A DNA stretch of 32,000 bases from Zestosphaera tikiterensis. GTDB taxonomy: Archaea; Thermoproteota; Thermoprotei_A; Sulfolobales; NBVN01. A model generated the notes under the pieces. That model did not search any database. It had not been told where the DNA came from and was given only the letters and a program-made list of their open reading frames with translations. Below are positions 28,352-32,000 of the stretch, piece after piece (positions within the stretch are counted from its first letter, which is position 1; each line of letters starts with the position of its first letter). The stretch is taken from assembly GCA_003056265.1 (NCBI GenBank), contig NBVN01000002.1, forward strand, positions 150,001 to 182,000, written 5' to 3'. A program made the position numbers and the translations under genes.

Positions 28352-29314
28352 GTGATGGGGTTGAGCGCCAACGTTGTAGTCACGCATGGGGATTGCGATG
28401 GGATAATATCGGCTTACCTATATATAAAGCATTTTATGCGTGATTCCTGGCCGTCTAAGATATCGATTATTTTCACACAGCCTTGGAGAGCACATATAGA
28501 TTTGAGGAAAAGCCCTAGCGAAGTTGATGAAGTAGTTCTCCTTGACCTGGCTTTAAGTAGGGAATTAAGCGTTGTTCTTACTGAGATGGCTGGAAAGACT
28601 CGTAAGCTAACATTTATTGACCATCACATAAGCTCTCTTGAATTCGTTAACGAGTTAAGGAAGTTAAGCTCTAGTAAGATAATATGTGAGAAGGCCCAGT
28701 CCTGTCCTAGACTTATGAGTCAAGCACTTAAGATTTCGTTAAATCCTTACGAACAACTACTTATAGATGTTGCTGACGTTTGTGAAGGAAGCGAAGCGCA
28801 AAATCCGGAAGTCGCTAGGCTTGCCGACATAATAAAGCTTTCCATAGCGAGGGATCCGGGGGATTACGCGTTCATGAGTCACTTAATTAACGTGTTCATG
28901 AATAGTAAAGACGTAGCTAGCGACGCAATAACAAGTCATAAATATAGGGTGGCTAAGTTCCTACTCTCACGCCTACTTAAAATCATGAGTGAGAGGGCGT
29001 TATCTTACGGAAACTTCAAAATAGTTTCGCTGACTTTACCTGAGTCAAGAATCTTCGCGGGTCTTTTAGGCATAGGCACAACAGAATTTGCTAGGTTAAG
29101 TAGGAATGACGTAATACTCATTAGAAGGGAGGAGGATAAAGTCGTAGTTACCGCTAGAACTTTATCGGATAGAGCCTTTAGAGTATGTAGAGAGATAGCT
29201 AAGCTAGGTAAAGGTAGGTTCGGAGGTCATGCTGAAGCTGCTTCAGCAACCCTTCCGGATATGTCAATACAAGATGCTGTAAACTTAACTGTACAAGCGA
29301 TAAAGAACCTCTAA
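28352..29314 (+). CDS. DHH/DHHA1-family phosphoesterase (NrnA/RecJ-like core)
   Basis: THGDCDG (motif I), LLDLA (motif II), IDHH (motif III) and FGGHAEAAS (the GGGH-type DHHA1 motif). Confidence 0.8.
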   Translation: MMGLSANVVVTHGDCDGIISAYLYIKHFMRDSWPSKISIIFTQPWRAHIDLRKSPSEVDEVVLLDLALSRELSVVLTEMAGKTRKLTFIDHHISSLEFVNELRKLSSSKIICEKAQSCPRLMSQALKISLNPYEQLLIDVADVCEGSEAQNPEVARLADIIKLSIARDPGDYAFMSHLINVFMNSKDVASDAITSHKYRVAKFLLSRLLKIMSERALSYGNFKIVSLTLPESRIFAGLLGIGTTEFARLSRNDVILIRREEDKVVVTARTLSDRAFRVCREIAKLGKGRFGGHAEAASATLPDMSIQDAVNLTVQAIKNL

Positions 29315-29323
29315 ACGGCACGT

Positions 29324-29773
29324 TTAAGATGCTGTAAATAAGTAATCCGACCTAAACCCTCTACTACTTACAACTCTTAACACGTAAGCATATCCAGGAT
29401 TTAACTTCACGTTACTTAATGTAACGCAACCATACGTTTCAGAACAAGTAACTTTGCCTGGGGGTAGGGTCACCTGCAACGATGTGTTTAAGTCTATTAA
29501 GTTCCCATAAGTATCGAGTATATACACAGCCACTATAGTTGTTTCCACAGACCCTATATTCCTTACGTAAACTGAAACGTTATACATCCCGCCAGATCCT
29601 TTAGACAGTTTCACAGCCTCTATGTTAAGGCTTTCTTCAAAGCTTACATGCCTAGCTAAACTTCTTGAAGTGAATTCATTAACCCAAATCCACAATATAA
29701 CACCTGATGCGACGGCTATCAAAATCAGCAACACAGTCGCTACGACCGGGGAAACGGCCTTATTGATACGCAT
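29324..29773 (-). CDS. Archaeal type IV pilin-like protein (class III signal peptide, DUF1628-like)
   Basis: The N-terminus MRINKAVSPVVATVLLILIAVASGVILWIWV is the canonical prepilin-peptidase substrate pattern. A beta-rich C-terminal domain follows. Confidence 0.75.
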   Translation of the reverse strand: MRINKAVSPVVATVLLILIAVASGVILWIWVNEFTSRSLARHVSFEESLNIEAVKLSKGSGGMYNVSVYVRNIGSVETTIVAVYILDTYGNLIDLNTSLQVTLPPGKVTCSETYGCVTLSNVKLNPGYAYVLRVVSSRGFRSDYLFTAS

Positions 29774-30102
29774 TAATTACCCCAAATGATAGACATGTTT
29801 GCTTATTTAAACATTAGCGTTTAAAACGTCCTTTTATGATGGTTTAACTAGCTACTGACAATTAAGAGAATTTTTATTTAAAGAACTTCTCTAGCCTTAA
29901 TTTTAGCTGGTTATCTTAATTAATTTTGATTTACGTAAACACGACTTAATTAACGTCTAGACAGACATAGTTTTCGACTATCAACAAAAAGAAGCGGTTT
30001 AATTTTAAACTACTAAATATTAAATAACGCGTAATTTGTTTTAACGTTACTTAAGGTTTTATAGTTGATTTCTGTTCCGTCAGCGATAAGACGATACCAT
30101 AG

Positions 30103-30176
30103 CGCCGGGGGGAGGATTTGAACCTCCGACCACCGGGTTAACAGCCCGGCGCTCTACCCGGCTGAGCTACCCCGGC
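30103..30176 (-). tRNA. tRNA-Asn (anticodon GUU), no intron, CCA not encoded
   Basis: Hand-folded. Acceptor GCCGGGG/CCCCGGC; D-arm GCTC..GAGC; anticodon stem CCGGG/CCCGG with loop CTGTTAA; T-arm GGAGG-TTCAAAT-CCTCC; G73. Confidence 0.93.
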
Positions 30177-30337
30177 ACCTCCTATAGTTAAAGTTAATAC
30201 TTCCTTTTTAATCTTTTCTTCTTAAGATCGTTGAAAGTATGCTTTCAAAGTTATGTGGCGTACAAGCTATATTGTTTTAGGAGGATAGGGAAAACTTTAT
30301 AAGGTTTGACGTGAAGTGTAGTGTAGTAGGATGAAAC

Positions 30338-30670
30338 ATGAGTAAGAAGGATAAAGTTGACATAATATCCCTTTGCGGAGGCCTACCTGAAGAACTCTGC
30401 GTTCAGTTAGGTGCCGAGCAACAACTCGTTAAGATTAAGCTGGAGAAGAGGAAATTCGGCAAGGAAGTTACGGTAATCGAAGGTCTCGATCCTTCAGTAT
30501 ACGACTTAAAGAAAGTCGCTTCAGTACTTAAATCTAAGTTAGCCACTGGAGGAACAGTTAAAGATAATCATATAGAGGTTCAAGGGGACCATCGACATAA
30601 GGTGAAGCAGATCTTAGTTAATGAGTTTGGCATACCGGCGGATAGCGTTATCTTCATAGAAACTGAGTAG
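30338..30670 (+). CDS. Translation initiation factor aSUI1 / eIF1
   Basis: 110 aa. [19 protein letters not shown] ... [21 protein letters not shown] is the SUI1 fold signature. Confidence 0.9.
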   Translation: MSKKDKVDIISLCGGLPEELCVQLGAEQQLVKIKLEKRKFGKEVTVIEGLDPSVYDLKKVASVLKSKLATGGTVKDNHIEVQGDHRHKVKQILVNEFGIPADSVIFIETE

Positions 30671-30711
30671 AAGAGAAAACTTGAAGATCGATTATTATAT
30701 TTAAAAACTCC

Positions 30712-31653
30712 CTACTCTTCCTCAGGTACTTGAATGTTTAAATACTGCGTTATTTCTTTATATCTATTCCTAACGGTAACTTCAGTAACTCCAATCACTT
30801 GAGCGATGTCTTTCTGAGTTTTTCTCTCCCCATGTAATTGGGCAGCTATGTAAACGGCTGCAGCCGCTAAACCTGCTGGATCCTTACCCGCTGTAACGCC
30901 TTTCTTCCTCGCTTCTTCAAGAATTTCAATAGCTTTAGCTTCTATCTTACCACCTAATCCCAACGCTGAAACAATCCTAGGTACGTAATCAGCAGCACCT
31001 GAAACAGGTATTTTAAGGCCTAACTCCCTAACTAATAACCTAAAACATCTAGCTACGTCTTTCTTAGGTGCTTTAGTGTATTCTACGATTTCATCTAACG
31101 TTCTAGGTATTTTGTAAATCCTGCAGGCCGCGTATAGAGCTGCCGCAACAACAGACTCTACCGCCCTACCTCTAACAACGCCTTTCTCAACGGCTCTCCT
31201 ATATATAGCGGCGGCTTCCTCCTTAATGTTTTTAGGCAGTCCTAACTGTTCTGTAATCCTTTCTAACTCGGTAGCGGCTTGAGTTATGTTTCTATCTATG
31301 CTATCCTGTATTCTAGTCCTTATCTGCCATTTCCTCATCCGCATAACTTCCAATCTTCGTTGAAACTCAAGCTTCTTACCTGAGGCATCTCTATCACGCC
31401 AATCAATCATAGTTGCTATACCGCTATCATGTATTGTAGGAGATAAAGGCGAGCCTGAACGCGCTCTTTTATCTCTTTCCTCAGGCGTGAAAGCCCTCCA
31501 TTCAGGACCTTGGTCAACAACCTTATCCTCTATAACCTCCCCAGTTTCCGTGCAGATATACTCTCCCCTAACTTCATCGTAGATGATCTTATCTTGAGGG
31601 CACTTGGATTCGGACTCAACATCCTTTTTTTCTTCGCGCACGATCTCTCCCAT
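30712..31653 (-). CDS. tfb: Transcription initiation factor TFB (TFIIB homolog)
   Basis: DQGPEWRAF linker, two cyclin-fold repeats and a C-terminal HTH ([21 protein letters not shown]). The N-terminal ribbon has only 2 of the usual 4 Cys. Confidence 0.9.
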   Translation of the reverse strand: MGEIVREEKKDVESESKCPQDKIIYDEVRGEYICTETGEVIEDKVVDQGPEWRAFTPEERDKRARSGSPLSPTIHDSGIATMIDWRDRDASGKKLEFQRRLEVMRMRKWQIRTRIQDSIDRNITQAATELERITEQLGLPKNIKEEAAAIYRRAVEKGVVRGRAVESVVAAALYAACRIYKIPRTLDEIVEYTKAPKKDVARCFRLLVRELGLKIPVSGAADYVPRIVSALGLGGKIEAKAIEILEEARKKGVTAGKDPAGLAAAAVYIAAQLHGERKTQKDIAQVIGVTEVTVRNRYKEITQYLNIQVPEEE

Positions 31654-31745
31654 AGTAAACCTTAGAATACTTTCTTAGGGGGTTAATAAGCTTTTATTCT
31701 TGAATAAATCAACACTTTCACCCGTGGCTTTCATGGAATATCAAT

Positions 31746-32000
31746 TTAAGGTTTAACTAAGGTTAAAACCTTTAACAGCGTCCCGTTCGTTAAATCATAC
31801 ACTTCAGCTTTAACTTTGTTTCCTTCAATTGACAGAATAGCGTAACTCTCCATCGAAGTTAAATATCCTGAAAGAGCTCCCGGGTTTAAAACCAGACAAT
31901 CATTAACTAAGCTTAAATCATACATATGCGTATGCCCATATAATACGATATCATAGTAGCGTTGTGTGGAAGTACATAAACTATAGACTATCTTCTTAGT
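31746..32000 (-). CDS. 3' end of a YfcE/MJ0936-type metallophosphoesterase (5' end lies outside the window)
   Basis: My minus-strand translation from 32000 is ..DIVLYGHTHMYDLSLVNDCLVLNPGALSGY..SYAILSIEGNKVKAEVYDL.. with stop TAA at 31746-31748. The GHTH and NPGS-like motifs are diagnostic. This ORF is not in the supplied track because it lacks a start. Confidence 0.7.
   Translation of the reverse strand, partial: TKKIVYSLCTSTQRYYDIVLYGHTHMYDLSLVNDCLVLNPGALSGYLTSMESYAILSIEGNKVKAEVYDLTNGTLLKVLTLVKP

Noticed and set aside
29836-29858. C/D box sRNA half-motif: AUGAUGG, a 12-nt spacer, then CUGA in the pilin/tRNA-Asn intergenic region
   Set aside because: The spacing is right for C/D', but I found no C' box or terminal D box within the next ~45 nt. 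A single half-motif is expected by chance in A+T-rich spacers.

Overview
The window is a densely coded archaeal chromosome segment, probably from a (hyper)thermophilic crenarchaeon (inference). Supporting evidence: an archaeal uL3-uL4-uL23 operon, TFB, aSUI1/eIF1, mevalonate kinase, a PAC2 proteasome chaperone, a pilin with a class-III signal peptide, an SSV-type integrase N-fragment read through a tRNA gene, GGTG-type Shine-Dalgarno motifs, and G+C-rich islands in a moderately A+T-rich background. I can support about 30 protein genes, two of them truncated at the window edges, plus two intron-less tRNAs (Leu-UAG, Asn-GUU). Most genes are housekeeping or metabolic: pyrF, nadE, mvk, an Ldh_2 dehydrogenase, AMMECR1, a radical SAM enzyme, an S12 serine hydrolase, HD and DHH phosphohydrolases, and an MFS transporter. 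Features that ordinary annotation does not explain: (1) Directly behind uL23, where uL2 normally follows, sit two tandem paralogous modules. Each has a G+C-rich co-linear hairpin-rich element, a near-identical TATA plus CCCCGCCTTAAAAG palindrome, and a single-domain KaiC/RadC-like ATPase. The first ATPase is intact and the second has lost both Walker motifs. (2) A ~205-nt G+C-rich island at 26695-26901 has pairing termini and a 10-bp perfect hairpin. It is probably a structured ncRNA, but I cannot assign a family by eye. (3) An orphan SSV-type Int(N) fragment is fused antisense to tRNA-Leu, next to an A+T-rich islet that encodes a PD-(D/E)xK nuclease-like protein. (4) An ~890-bp gene-free stretch carries a 4-copy dispersed 17-19-nt motif and a 16-bp perfect palindrome. 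(5) A ferritin-like domain is fused to an encapsulin shell protein. I saw no CRISPR array, rRNA or intact transposase.
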